From the NCBI GenBank assembly GCA_965644315.1, contig CBFFRQ010000068.1, forward strand, positions 1,415,545 through 1,479,544: a DNA stretch of 64,000 bases, read 5' to 3'. Origin of the DNA: Caecitellus pseudoparvulus (taxonomy: Eukaryota; Protista; Bigyra: Bicosoecida). Positions 49,263-59,551 of this stretch are shown here, piece after piece; position 1 is the first letter of the stretch, and every line of letters begins with the position of its first letter. Position numbers and translations under genes: made by a program. Below the pieces are notes generated by a model that saw nothing but the letters and a program-made list of their open reading frames with translations, searched no databases and was not told where the DNA came from.

Positions 49263-49502
49263 ATGAATATTGAAAATTCTTTAAAACCTGAAAAGAAAAT
49301 AACACCATCTAAAGAACCAGAAAAAGTCAGAGAATATAATAAGAAATATTACGAAAAGAATAAAGATAAAATATTAAAACAAATGAACCGGGTTATAAGG
49401 TGTGATATATGCGAAAAAGACGTTAAATTTTATAATTACCCTAAACACTGCCGAGGATTAAAACATAAACATTTAAAATTAATAAAAGCTTTTGAAAATT
49501 AA
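49263..49502 (+). CDS. Small basic Zn-finger protein
   Basis: EYNKKYYEKNKDKI followed by CDIC-x11-H-x5-H; conserved in copy 2. Confidence 0.8.
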   Translation: MNIENSLKPEKKITPSKEPEKVREYNKKYYEKNKDKILKQMNRVIRCDICEKDVKFYNYPKHCRGLKHKHLKLIKAFEN

Positions 49503-49564
49503 AAAATATCTAAATAAAATATGTTTAAAGAAAAAATATTTTATCTAGTATAATATATATAATG
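49501..49564 (+). promoter_or_regulatory. Double-TCTA promoter cassette
   Basis: Near-identical to the cassette at 47450-47511; TCTA lies 14 nt before the ATG. Confidence 0.75.
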
Positions 49565-50402
49565 GATTTTATGAATTTTTTTCAAGGTTCTTTAATTTCT
49601 AATTTAGAAAATAACAACGTATTTTATGATAGATATAATAATAAATATAATATTGTATGTCGTTGCATAAAATATGATATGAGAGATATTAAAAAAGACC
49701 CACATAATGAGAAATGGGATTATGATTTCGTTTCTGGATTAAATGATTTAGATTTGGATTTCGTCAAACAATACCCTTATAAAGACTGGAATTATTACAC
49801 ATTATCAAGAAAAATTAAGAATAAAGAGGATTTTGAATTTGTTAAAGAATACCCCGATAAAGACTGGCGATATTACACATTATCAAAATTTATAGAAAAT
49901 AAGGAGGATTTTGAATTTGTTAAAAAATACCCTGATAAAGACTGGAATTATGAATATTTATCATTTCAGAATTTTATAAATACTAATATAATAAATTCTA
50001 TTCATTATGATAAATGGGACAAATGCTTATTATTATATAATGATAATTTTGATATAAACTGGGTTAATGAATGTCAAAATATAAAATGGAAATTTGGATT
50101 AATAACATTATCTGATAATTTTAAAATAGAATGGTTATATAAATATCCACGTAAAAAATGGGATATATCATCAATAGAAAAAAAAGATTGTTTCTTTTAT
50201 GATTTAATATCAATATTTCCACATTTCAAATGGTCTTCTAAAATATTAAATGATTATAAACAAATTCAACAACATAAAGAAAAACACAAAAAAACATTAT
50301 AAAAATGTATTAGATGAATTCTTAAGCGTTGTTTATCATCCTGATAATGCTGAAAGATTAGGATTATTTAATAATATTTCAAGTGATGATTTTATAATTT
50401 AA
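49562..50402 (+). CDS. Trp-repeat protein (26-aa YPDKDWxYxxLS repeats); one extra A near 50290 cuts the ORF at 50302, true end probably 50402
   Basis: Three 78-bp repeats. Copy 2 reads through into EFLAVIYHPDNAERLGLF, which is present out of frame in copy 1. Confidence 0.8.
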
Positions 50403-50465
50403 AAAAATATCTAAATAAAATATGTTTAAAGAAAAAATATTTTATCTAGTATAATATATATAATG
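50401..50465 (+). promoter_or_regulatory. Double-TCTA promoter cassette
   Basis: Third copy of the cassette, upstream of PolB. Confidence 0.75.
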
Positions 50466-52463
50466 GCTCAAGAGAAACCAACATTCACAAGAAACGAACA
50501 AAAAGCAGCTTTAACATTTAAGACATTAGACCAGAAAACAAAAAAATATAAAGATGGAGATTTAAAAATTACTTTATTTGGAGTTTCTGATAATGACGAA
50601 AGCGATTATTTAAATTTTGATGACACAATCGATAACCCTGAAGATTTAAAATATTATTCTCAAGCAGTAAGAGAGCAATTAAAGGGAACAACAATAAAAA
50701 CAACTCATAATTATTTAAATGTATTATCAAAATTGGCACAATATAGAAATTTAGATTATAATATAAGCGTTTTATTTTCTATTGGATGGCGTAATATTTC
50801 AAATGGTTTTAAGAATCCAGGACAAAGAATTAAATTAAAAGATTTTTTGAATCAATATAACGCACCTAATATTAAATATGTTTATGGTGTATGTATTACA
50901 ACAAGACCACATATAGAACCAGAAGAAACAGAAGCAGGGGCAAACAGTGAATATAACGATTGTTTATATTTATCTATAAGACGAGTAATAGGAGAAGACA
51001 GGATGAAACCTTTTACAACTGCGGGACGTTTAAAGAATTTTTTAAATTTAGATAGGAAAGACAAAGTGCCATTAAAGGACATTTCAAAAATAGAAGATAA
51101 ATTAAATATTAATATTAATATTTATGGTTTTGAAAATCCTATTTTATCTACTAAATCAAACCCACAAACCGTTAATTTACAATATAAAGACGGACATTTA
51201 ACAAATAAATATAATAAACGAAAAGGATTATCAGGAATCAAAAAACATAAATCAGATTTAAAAATTATCATATATCAAGAAAATTTAGATTTCATTATTT
51301 ATTATGATGGAATCACAGAAGAAAAGACAGATAAGATAACATTTTATAAAGACATCTATAAAAAACATTTTCATTTTTACGAAACCACCACAAAGAATGA
51401 TATTAAAGAAGAATATAAAAAATATAAAAATGATATAAACGAAATAAAAAAAGATGTTGATATATTAAAATTTAAATCAATATCAGATTTTATTAAAAAT
51501 GAATGTTATTATATATCTCAAAAATTAAATATTGAACCTTTAGAAAATCCATTAGAAATCCATTTTATAAATAAATGTTTTAGTGGTGGTTTAATCCATT
51601 GTAAGAAAGGAAAATATAAAAATGTTAGATGTTATGATATTAATAGTCAATATCCCTATATTCTACAACATCAACATTTTTTAATACCAACTAAAACAGG
51701 TAAATTTGAAAAATTAACAGAAACTCCAGAATTTTATAGATTCGGAATCTATAGAGCAAGAATAACAGGAAAAATAGACGATGCCTTATTTAATGTGAAA
51801 CAATCTAATTTTTATACTAGCTATGAATTAACCAGAGCAAAAGAACTAAATTATAATATTGAATTAATCCAAGATGGAAGATATAATTTTTTATTCTATG
51901 ATTCTAAAAGCCGTGTTAATGGTTCAATGGTATTTAAAGATTATGTTAAAAAGATGATAACATTAAAACAAACCTTTAAAAATAATCAAATCCCTAAAAT
52001 GTTATTAAACCGTTTATGGGGTTTGTTATGTTCTAAGAATTTTAAAATAACATCATTAAAAGAATATAAAGAGAGTATGAATGATATTAATTTTATTCAT
52101 CCTACCAGCGATAATATGAATGATAATAAAAATTATGTTGTGAATTATACACCAATAAATCCTTTTAATACCGATTTAAGCCGTTTAGGTTGCTTTCTTA
52201 CATCTAAAGGGAGGGTTTTAATATCTTCAATAATTGAAAAATACGTAAAAGATACAAGTAAAATATATAGAATTCACACAGATGGATTTATAACCGATAA
52301 AAACATTATCATTAATAAAATTAAAGGATTAGGTAAAGACGAATTAAGTAATAATGAACTAGGAGGATTAAAAATAGAATATGAAAAAGATAAAATCAAA
52401 ATAGTTAATGTAAATGATATAAGAGAATTCATAAACGGAGAATGGAAAAAAATAAAATCATAA
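50463..52463 (+). CDS. Protein-primed family B DNA polymerase (divergent), with putative N-terminal terminal-protein and OTU-like regions
   Basis: FSGG, motif A YDINSQYP, motif B KMLLNRLWG, variant motif C IHTDGF and LGGLKIE; also NDC167 and GH245. Confidence 0.85.
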   Translation: MAQEKPTFTRNEQKAALTFKTLDQKTKKYKDGDLKITLFGVSDNDESDYLNFDDTIDNPEDLKYYSQAVREQLKGTTIKTTHNYLNVLSKLAQYRNLDYNISVLFSIGWRNISNGFKNPGQRIKLKDFLNQYNAPNIKYVYGVCITTRPHIEPEETEAGANSEYNDCLYLSIRRVIGEDRMKPFTTAGRLKNFLNLDRKDKVPLKDISKIEDKLNININIYGFENPILSTKSNPQTVNLQYKDGHLTNKYNKRKGLSGIKKHKSDLKIIIYQENLDFIIYYDGITEEKTDKITFYKDIYKKHFHFYETTTKNDIKEEYKKYKNDINEIKKDVDILKFKSISDFIKNECYYISQKLNIEPLENPLEIHFINKCFSGGLIHCKKGKYKNVRCYDINSQYPYILQHQHFLIPTKTGKFEKLTETPEFYRFGIYRARITGKIDDALFNVKQSNFYTSYELTRAKELNYNIELIQDGRYNFLFYDSKSRVNGSMVFKDYVKKMITLKQTFKNNQIPKMLLNRLWGLLCSKNFKITSLKEYKESMNDINFIHPTSDNMNDNKNYVVNYTPINPFNTDLSRLGCFLTSKGRVLISSIIEKYVKDTSKIYRIHTDGFITDKNIIINKIKGLGKDELSNNELGGLKIEYEKDKIKIVNVNDIREFINGEWKKIKS

Positions 52464-52509
52464 ACATTATAAAAAATATTATAAAGAATCTAACAAAAGA
52501 TTTTTTATA

Positions 52510-54516
52510 ATGTTATTTAATATGAACTTGAATAAATTGAAAAAACAGGATTTAAAAGAGTTTTTTAAATATCAATATGGAAAATATCCACCCTCAAATT
52601 TTAAAAAGAAAGATATTATAACAGTTCTAAGCCACGACCAACAAACAGGGGCAGGAATAAAAGATTTTTTCAGAAGTAAAGCGAATTCAACATTTTCATT
52701 TTTAAAGAAAGGTTATAATAAGGTAAAAGATACATTTAAACCAGTTCAAAAAATAGAAGATACAATAACAAAGCCTTTTGATTATAGAACACGTCTCACA
52801 AATGAAAGCAGAAAAACACTACAAGAAGTAGGCGATAAAGTAATTAATAACATAACAATTATTAGGACACCAGTAAATAAAACGTTGGTTAGTATTTTAG
52901 ATACGTTATCATTTGGATATTTTAAACAATTAATGGAAAATCACGGATTCGATAAATTTTTCCATTTAGCCTTAGTTTTATCAATAGATGGGCGATACGT
53001 AATTTTAGAGAAATTAGCCGAGGTTAATATATCATTTAATTATAAGAAATCATATACAGAGCTTAGCGAATCTACAACAGTTGAAAACTATCAAGGAGGT
53101 TTAACATTAAATCAAATGGTGAATAAAACCCAAGAATTTATGGGCGATAAATTATTTTTTGATTATGACGCCTTCACGAATAACTGCCAAAATTTTATTA
53201 TGTCAGTATTAACGGCAAATGGACTTGACAACCAAAGAAATAAAGAATTTGTTTTTCAGGATATTAAAGAGATTTATCATGAATTAGAAAAGAAAGCGTC
53301 TTATTTATCACCTTTCGCTAAAATGACAACACGTTTAGGGGCTTGGTGGAATAAACTCACAGGAGCCGGAAAAAATCAAGCTGATATATTAACAAAAAAG
53401 AAACCTATAAATTATGGAATAGAAACAAACGAAATTATTAAAATATTATCATTCAATTATAAAAATGTTGAGGTTATGGGCTCATCAGCTATTAAGGCTA
53501 CTTTATACCCTTCAGATTTTGATTTATACGAAGTTGTAAAGGTTAAGAACTTAGAGGATTTAGAAAATAAATTTCAAGATAAAATATTAAAAATAGTTCA
53601 ATCTAAAAATATATATTTAGGAGATGTTAAAATTGGAGTATTTCCAGAATATGAAATATTAAAAGATAATATATATTTTAAAAATAATAGATTAATCGGA
53701 TATCATCCACAAGAAATAAAGAAAGATATTAAAAATAAATTATACTTTTTACCAAAACATGAAAAACAGGAATTATTAAAACTCATTAAAGCAAAACCAA
53801 CACCAGACGAATTAGATATTATAAAAGATAAATTAAGATATCATATATTAAGATGGACTCCAGAAGAAATATTAGACGGTTATAAACAACTATCAACAAA
53901 TAATTATATAAGTCTAAAAGATGCCTTTAAAAGTGATGGATTGTTTAAAGTTGATGTGGTAGCCTTTACCAGAAATAAATTTATTGATTTTTCCATAATT
54001 TACGAATTACGAAACGAAAAAACAAACAAACGAATAAATAATTTTATGGTTAATGTAAAAGATAATTTAAACGACCAAATAAGAACATATAAAATAAAGG
54101 GTCAATATTTCAAAGCTCTAAAGCGTGAATTCTCAAAATTAAAGCATACTTTCACATATACTAAGAATAAAGAAACCAAAGAAAGAGCATTAAGAAGATT
54201 AAAAGAACTAACAACATTTTTTAACGGTCAAGCCGGTATTATATATAGTGTTATTAATGATATTGAGGCGTTATTAAATGTTATAAAATTATCTGAATCT
54301 GAATATTCAAGCAATGAAAAAATAATTAATGTTATTCAAAGTTTTATATATAGATTATCCAATATTTATTCAGTTAATGAATATTTAAGAAATGAAAAGA
54401 ATATTTTATTAAGTATAAAAGCAATATTGAAAAATCCTGAAAATATGGAGGAAAACTTGGAACAATTAAAAAATATTTTATTTAGGATATTAAATAAATT
54501 TTCTAAATCCATATAA
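52510..54516 (+). CDS. Multidomain protein: small helical N-domain, permuted papain-like (PPPDE/LRAT-type) domain and Pol-beta-type nucleotidyltransferase
   Basis: FFH152LALV...YDAFTNNC226QNF; MG324S-x10-D336FD338L...KVD482VV. Domains are separated by QTGAG and LTGAG. Confidence 0.65.
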   Translation: MLFNMNLNKLKKQDLKEFFKYQYGKYPPSNFKKKDIITVLSHDQQTGAGIKDFFRSKANSTFSFLKKGYNKVKDTFKPVQKIEDTITKPFDYRTRLTNESRKTLQEVGDKVINNITIIRTPVNKTLVSILDTLSFGYFKQLMENHGFDKFFHLALVLSIDGRYVILEKLAEVNISFNYKKSYTELSESTTVENYQGGLTLNQMVNKTQEFMGDKLFFDYDAFTNNCQNFIMSVLTANGLDNQRNKEFVFQDIKEIYHELEKKASYLSPFAKMTTRLGAWWNKLTGAGKNQADILTKKKPINYGIETNEIIKILSFNYKNVEVMGSSAIKATLYPSDFDLYEVVKVKNLEDLENKFQDKILKIVQSKNIYLGDVKIGVFPEYEILKDNIYFKNNRLIGYHPQEIKKDIKNKLYFLPKHEKQELLKLIKAKPTPDELDIIKDKLRYHILRWTPEEILDGYKQLSTNNYISLKDAFKSDGLFKVDVVAFTRNKFIDFSIIYELRNEKTNKRINNFMVNVKDNLNDQIRTYKIKGQYFKALKREFSKLKHTFTYTKNKETKERALRRLKELTTFFNGQAGIIYSVINDIEALLNVIKLSESEYSSNEKIINVIQSFIYRLSNIYSVNEYLRNEKNILLSIKAILKNPENMEENLEQLKNILFRILNKFSKSI

Positions 54517-55150
54517 TGTCAATGAATAATAACGAAGTCAGAGAATTATTATTAAAACTCGAACAAAATAGAACGTTAGAAAATCAAAGCGGGGCGGGAT
54601 GTTGTGAAGAAAGAACGGTAGGCGGTCAAGTTTATTATGGAGATGTTAAAAACAAAGAAAAAACATTTGATAATATTAATTATAAACGTTTAGACGGTTT
54701 ATTAGGAAGCAATAGAAGCCTTGAAAAACCACCAAAAAAACGAGGAGGTAGAGTGCAGGGCGATTTTTTAAATGGTGGAGCTGCTGGAGGTGCTAAACTA
54801 GGAGAAGAATATGCCCGGGAATTACAAAAACATTTTAAGCATTTAGAAGGCGGGGAAAGCTTCTGGGATGGTTTCAAACGAGGTTTTAACGCAGTATGGA
54901 AACCCGCAGGAAAAGTTATTAAAACAATTTCACCCGTGCTGCCATATGGTGATAAAATTAAAGCAGGCTTAGAAGCTGTAGGATATGGTCAGCATCAGCA
55001 CCCTTCGGGAAAAGCACCAACAAAAAAGAAAAACGCCAACCATCAGCAAAACAAAAAGCACGAGGACAATTAATAAAAGAATTAATGAAAAAATACGGCT
55101 TTACATTAGGTCAAGCCTCAAAATATATCAAAGAAAATAATTTATTATAA
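54516..55150 (+). CDS. Probable virion core protein, Gly-rich and basic; frameshift between ~54985 and 55035 (ORF track ends at 55073)
   Basis: GG/GxG motifs and an amphipathic FWDGFKRGF segment. The adjacent frame continues ARGQLIKELMKKYGFTLGQASKYIKENNLL*, which I recall as a C-terminal motif of virophage/polinton core-like proteins. Confidence 0.65.
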
Positions 55151-55217
55151 ATATCTAAATAATATAATGTTAAAAAATATTATATCATTTATATAATTTA
55201 TTTTATATATATATATA

Positions 55218-56759
55218 ATGACAGAAAATAAATTTAATATGTTTCATGACGAACAGGCGGAACGTATGCGACGCCAAGTTATGGAAGGGTTAAAAAATAC
55301 TCAAAACTATATTAATTATTCATTAAGGGGGCAATATCAAAACCAACCCAAGCCAAATCCAACAGGTAGTTTTAATCGTATGTCTTCTCATTCTTTTAAT
55401 ACCTCTAATTTATCACAAATGAAACAAACTGAAGATTTAACCCGGAACAGCCAGGCACAAGCGGCAGGAGGGGCACAAACAAGAGAAGGGCATAATTTAA
55501 TAATGAATCAATTAAAAAATAGGGCTCTTCAATTAGAGCAATTAAGTGCAGGATTACCAGCACAACAAAGACAACAACAAACAGCACAAGAAATACCCGA
55601 CACCGTTTCAACCTCTTTAGAGTTATTTTTTAGTTCTTTAACAAGTGCTGATTTTTCATTATCTTATATTTCATCAATGAATAAAGAAGCAAAACAGGCA
55701 TTAGGGAATTTGAAGCAATACGGGCTAGATTTAGATAAACAAACATTAGAAAGATACGCACAAATTACAGAAACACATTTAGATAATTATTTAACTAATA
55801 TAGATGACATGTATTTAGGGCGTGATATTTTCGGCTCATATGTAGAAAAAAGAGACGGAAAACAAGAAAGGAAAAGAGGCGATTTATATTTGGATTATTT
55901 AGAGCGTATTGATTATTACGAGGTTATTTTTAAAATTTATTTAACATTACAAGCCCTTATTAATAGTTTTGGAACTTCGCCAGATACCAGAAAACAGGCA
56001 TTTAACGAACAATTTAAAAATATCATTATGGCACCTAAAAATAAAATATTTAATCCAGAATTAAAAAGAATTGATGATATTTTAAAACGTGGTTATAAAT
56101 CATTAAAAGACGTAATAAATAAAAGTGCATATGATGAAATAAAAGAATACTTTGAAACCACCAAAGAAAAGAAGAAAAACCCAAGCTTAAAAGATAGAGG
56201 AGAAGAAAGGGGATTAAAGGATTATGAAGATATGAGAGAAGAAGAAAGGGAAGCAGAAAGAAAATTAAAAAAACAAAGAAAAGAAAAAGAAAAGATGATA
56301 AAAAAATTATTAAAAAGTTTTGAGGGACAAAATAAAAAATTAAAAAAACAACTTGATTTATTTGAAAATAAAGGAAAAACACTGCCTGAAGCATCCATAC
56401 CAAAACGAGAAAGAATATTAAGAGCTTTAGAAGAAATCACAAAAAAACTTCAAAAATTAGGAGTAGAAGCACCACCAATAGCACAACCTCAGACACGACC
56501 ACAAGCACCAACAACAGGAGAAGCAAAAGAACCAGAACAAGCAGCAGACGGAGGAATACCAGAATTCAAGCCTCCACCATCAGGACAAGCAGCACCAGAA
56601 CAAGACGACGAAGAAGATATAGATTATGATTTTAGTAATGATCCATTGTTCGGAGAAGGAATGAACCCTATAAAATTTACAAATGATTTTTTAGAAGGTT
56701 CGGGAATGTTCGACCAAATAAAACAAGTCTTTGAGGGTAAAAGGCGTTTATGGAAATAA
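55218..56759 (+). CDS. Hypothetical virophage protein (coiled-coil, possible core/structural protein)
   Basis: 513-aa ORF with AT-rich viral codon usage; AAGGAQTREG, LFGEG and LEGSG motifs. Confidence 0.75.
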   Translation: MTENKFNMFHDEQAERMRRQVMEGLKNTQNYINYSLRGQYQNQPKPNPTGSFNRMSSHSFNTSNLSQMKQTEDLTRNSQAQAAGGAQTREGHNLIMNQLKNRALQLEQLSAGLPAQQRQQQTAQEIPDTVSTSLELFFSSLTSADFSLSYISSMNKEAKQALGNLKQYGLDLDKQTLERYAQITETHLDNYLTNIDDMYLGRDIFGSYVEKRDGKQERKRGDLYLDYLERIDYYEVIFKIYLTLQALINSFGTSPDTRKQAFNEQFKNIIMAPKNKIFNPELKRIDDILKRGYKSLKDVINKSAYDEIKEYFETTKEKKKNPSLKDRGEERGLKDYEDMREEEREAERKLKKQRKEKEKMIKKLLKSFEGQNKKLKKQLDLFENKGKTLPEASIPKRERILRALEEITKKLQKLGVEAPPIAQPQTRPQAPTTGEAKEPEQAADGGIPEFKPPPSGQAAPEQDDEEDIDYDFSNDPLFGEGMNPIKFTNDFLEGSGMFDQIKQVFEGKRRLWK

Positions 56760-56866
56760 AAAGATTTTCAAAAACATTAAAAAACTTATAATAAAATATC
56801 TAGAAATTACAACATGATATATAGTTTTTTTAAGTTTTTGTAAATCTTTTTTTCTAAATCTTAATA

Positions 56867-57655
56867 ATGCCTAGTTTTGAATTACTTGATTATAAAAATA
56901 TAAAACATAAATTAAAGAAGGATTACACACCCGTCGCCATTGTTAAAGGTGATGAAAACCATAAAGACTTTAATAAATTCTTATGTTTAACCGATAAAAA
57001 CACCGGACATAAAAGCATAAAACTACCTGACGATTTAATTTTCAATATTCTCCCCTCAACAAAACAAGGAAAAAGAGATATTTTTTATATTGCTGGTGCT
57101 TCTGGTTCTGGTAAATCTTATCAAGCAAAGATTATTTGTAATAATTATCATAGATTAAACCCCGATTTGCCTATTTATTTAATTTCTAAATTAGAAGAAG
57201 ACGAAACATTAGACGAATTAGATTTTATCCACCGTGTAGATATTGAAGATTTTATAGAAGAATTTAATATTAATAATGATGATTTAGCCGGATTTTATAT
57301 TTTTGATGATTTTGAAACATTAGAAAAAAACATATTAGATAAAGTCTTAAAAATCATTGATGATATATGTATTATGGGGCGTCATAAAAATTTAACATTA
57401 GCCTATATCGCACATAATCTAACAAACTATAAAAAAACACGGTTAATTTTAAATGAATCCACGCATATTGTTATTTTTCCTCAATCTTCTTCACCTCATC
57501 AATTAGGGTATTTATTACGAAATTATGGAGGATGTGATAAAGACGAAATAAAAAAACTACGTAAATTAGGGCGTTGGGTTTGTGTTTTTACAAATTATCC
57601 AAATTATATTTTATCTTCAAATTATGCTTATCTTTTACATCAGGACGAAGACTAA
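56867..57655 (+). CDS. Genome-packaging ATPase (FtsK/HerA, A32-like)
   Basis: Walker A GASGSGKS, Walker B YIFDD, GRH and TRLILNE. Confidence 0.93.
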   Translation: MPSFELLDYKNIKHKLKKDYTPVAIVKGDENHKDFNKFLCLTDKNTGHKSIKLPDDLIFNILPSTKQGKRDIFYIAGASGSGKSYQAKIICNNYHRLNPDLPIYLISKLEEDETLDELDFIHRVDIEDFIEEFNINNDDLAGFYIFDDFETLEKNILDKVLKIIDDICIMGRHKNLTLAYIAHNLTNYKKTRLILNESTHIVIFPQSSSPHQLGYLLRNYGGCDKDEIKKLRKLGRWVCVFTNYPNYILSSNYAYLLHQDED

Positions 57656-57703
57656 AAAAATAATAAAATAATATATGATATTTTTATAATATAATATATT
57701 ATA

Positions 57704-58285
57704 ATGAAAAAATCTAAAAATGACCCAGAATATAACGAAGAATTAAGAAAACAGCTTAAACGTTATTATTTATCAAATAGTGATTTAGAATATTTATTCA
57801 ATGATGATACAAATATTATAAGTTATGATAAATTATATAATTATAGACATATTGACGAGATTTTCGATAAAAAGGGGCGTGTTATTTTATTGTATTTGAC
57901 CTCTGACCGTAATATAGGACATTGGGTAGGATTAATTAAAAAAAAAAATATTATAGAGCATTTCGACCCTTACGGACACGCACCAGATACAGCAACTGAA
58001 AATTTAAACGCCGACGAAGAAGTAGAAAGACAAACAGGACAAGACGAACCCAGATTATTAAGAATGATAGACCAGGCGGGATATGGTCTAGAATATAATA
58101 AATACCCATTTCAAAAAAAAGGAGAAGGTATAGGGACTTGTGGAAGACATACAGCGGCAAGATTACTTTTATATAAATTATCTTTAGAAGATTATAAAAA
58201 ACTCATGAAAACATTAAAAGATAAGAATTTGAAAGACTTCGACGACGTAGTAACCAAATTTACTCATGATTTATTAAAAAAATAA
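57704..58285 (+). CDS. Virion maturation cysteine protease (adenain/Ulp1-like clan CE)
   Basis: GHW, FDPYG and Q-x6-TCGRH in catalytic order. Confidence 0.92.
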   Translation: MKKSKNDPEYNEELRKQLKRYYLSNSDLEYLFNDDTNIISYDKLYNYRHIDEIFDKKGRVILLYLTSDRNIGHWVGLIKKKNIIEHFDPYGHAPDTATENLNADEEVERQTGQDEPRLLRMIDQAGYGLEYNKYPFQKKGEGIGTCGRHTAARLLLYKLSLEDYKKLMKTLKDKNLKDFDDVVTKFTHDLLKK

Positions 58286-58320
58286 CTTTATTAAAATATT
58301 TTATCTAATATATATTAATA

Positions 58321-59457
58321 ATGTTAAATTCTACAATGTATCAAGACGATAAAAATATTTATTATAATATTGATATTATCAACGGAAGAAGCACGAGCCA
58401 AGGTAAGATTAATGATCCTATTGCTAGTTTTTCCGAAACACGAGACGTGCCCTTAATTAATGATGCCAGTAAATATAAAATGTCTATTATTCGTTTTACA
58501 ATGAACGGTATTAATGACCTCCCTTTATTTATTCCAGTAATTGAAGAAGGACAAACAAACCCTAATAAAACCGTATATAAAATCACAGTTAAATATAATC
58601 ATATAGGCGGGAACGAATACGAATACACACAGCCCGTAATATGGGAAAGCAACGATTCAAGCTTATCAGCACCTTCAAATTTTGAAACACAAGGGCAAAA
58701 CGCATCTCAAGAATATTACTACTGCCACACATACGACCATTTTATAAAATTAGTAAATGAAGCCATCACATATTCAATAACTCAACTAAACGCATTAATA
58801 AAAGTTGATTATCCAGCATTTACAGATTTAATAAGCCCTTTTATAGTATATAATAACGCAAATAAAAAATTTGATATTTACTACCCCGCAGATAATGACG
58901 CCGGTTTCTCGTTTTATTTTAATTCAAATTTATATAATTTATTATCACATTATCCACATGAATACAACGATTTAGACGAAATTAAACAATATAGAATTAT
59001 TCCCCGTAATTATCAGGGTTTAAACTCTATCACATTAAACAGCGTAGATTATATTAAAATAGAACAAGAAGCGGTAAGCCTTGGCACATATTGGAGCCCT
59101 ATATCTTCTATTGTTTTTACTTCTTCATTATTACCTATTATAAGTGAAGGTGTAAGCCAGCCCGTGAAATTTGGTAATTCTAACAATGCTAATGCTGTTT
59201 CTTCAATTTCTAATTTTGAACCTATCATTACTGATATTAGCTTAACTCTAGACGATGCCTATGATTATAAAGATTATATATCATATATCCCGGGTGCTGA
59301 ATATCGCTTTGTATCTCTTACAAATTCTAAACAACCTATAAGAAATATTAACGTTAATATTTACTGGAAATATAGATTAACGGGGGAACTTGTGCCTCTT
59401 AAATTATCTAATTTATCAAATGTATCTATGAAATTTTTATTTCAACCTAAATATTAA
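58321..59457 (+). CDS. Minor capsid (penton) protein
   Basis: IYYNIDIIN, FSETRDVP, YKMSIIRF, WSPISSIVFTSSLLPI, IITD, YIPGAEYR and SMKFLF; located between protease and MCP. Confidence 0.9.
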   Translation: MLNSTMYQDDKNIYYNIDIINGRSTSQGKINDPIASFSETRDVPLINDASKYKMSIIRFTMNGINDLPLFIPVIEEGQTNPNKTVYKITVKYNHIGGNEYEYTQPVIWESNDSSLSAPSNFETQGQNASQEYYYCHTYDHFIKLVNEAITYSITQLNALIKVDYPAFTDLISPFIVYNNANKKFDIYYPADNDAGFSFYFNSNLYNLLSHYPHEYNDLDEIKQYRIIPRNYQGLNSITLNSVDYIKIEQEAVSLGTYWSPISSIVFTSSLLPIISEGVSQPVKFGNSNNANAVSSISNFEPIITDISLTLDDAYDYKDYISYIPGAEYRFVSLTNSKQPIRNINVNIYWKYRLTGELVPLKLSNLSNVSMKFLFQPKY

Positions 59458-59551
59458 AAATATCTAGTTTAGTTTTTTTTTACAAAATGCGTGATTTTTT
59501 AAAAAAAAATATAAGGGTTTATTTTTAAAAATATTTTCTAAATTATATTAT

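Noticed and set aside
53460-54516. Calling the nucleotidyltransferase a cGAS/CD-NTase
   Set aside because: Only the generic Pol-beta signature is visible. The subfamily cannot be assigned without profile or structure searches.
50882-58586. Small minus-strand ORFs within the virophage (e.g. 55405-55611, 56050-56403)
   Set aside because: They are Phe/Leu-rich antisense shadows of Lys/Glu-rich plus-strand genes, with no TCTA promoter.
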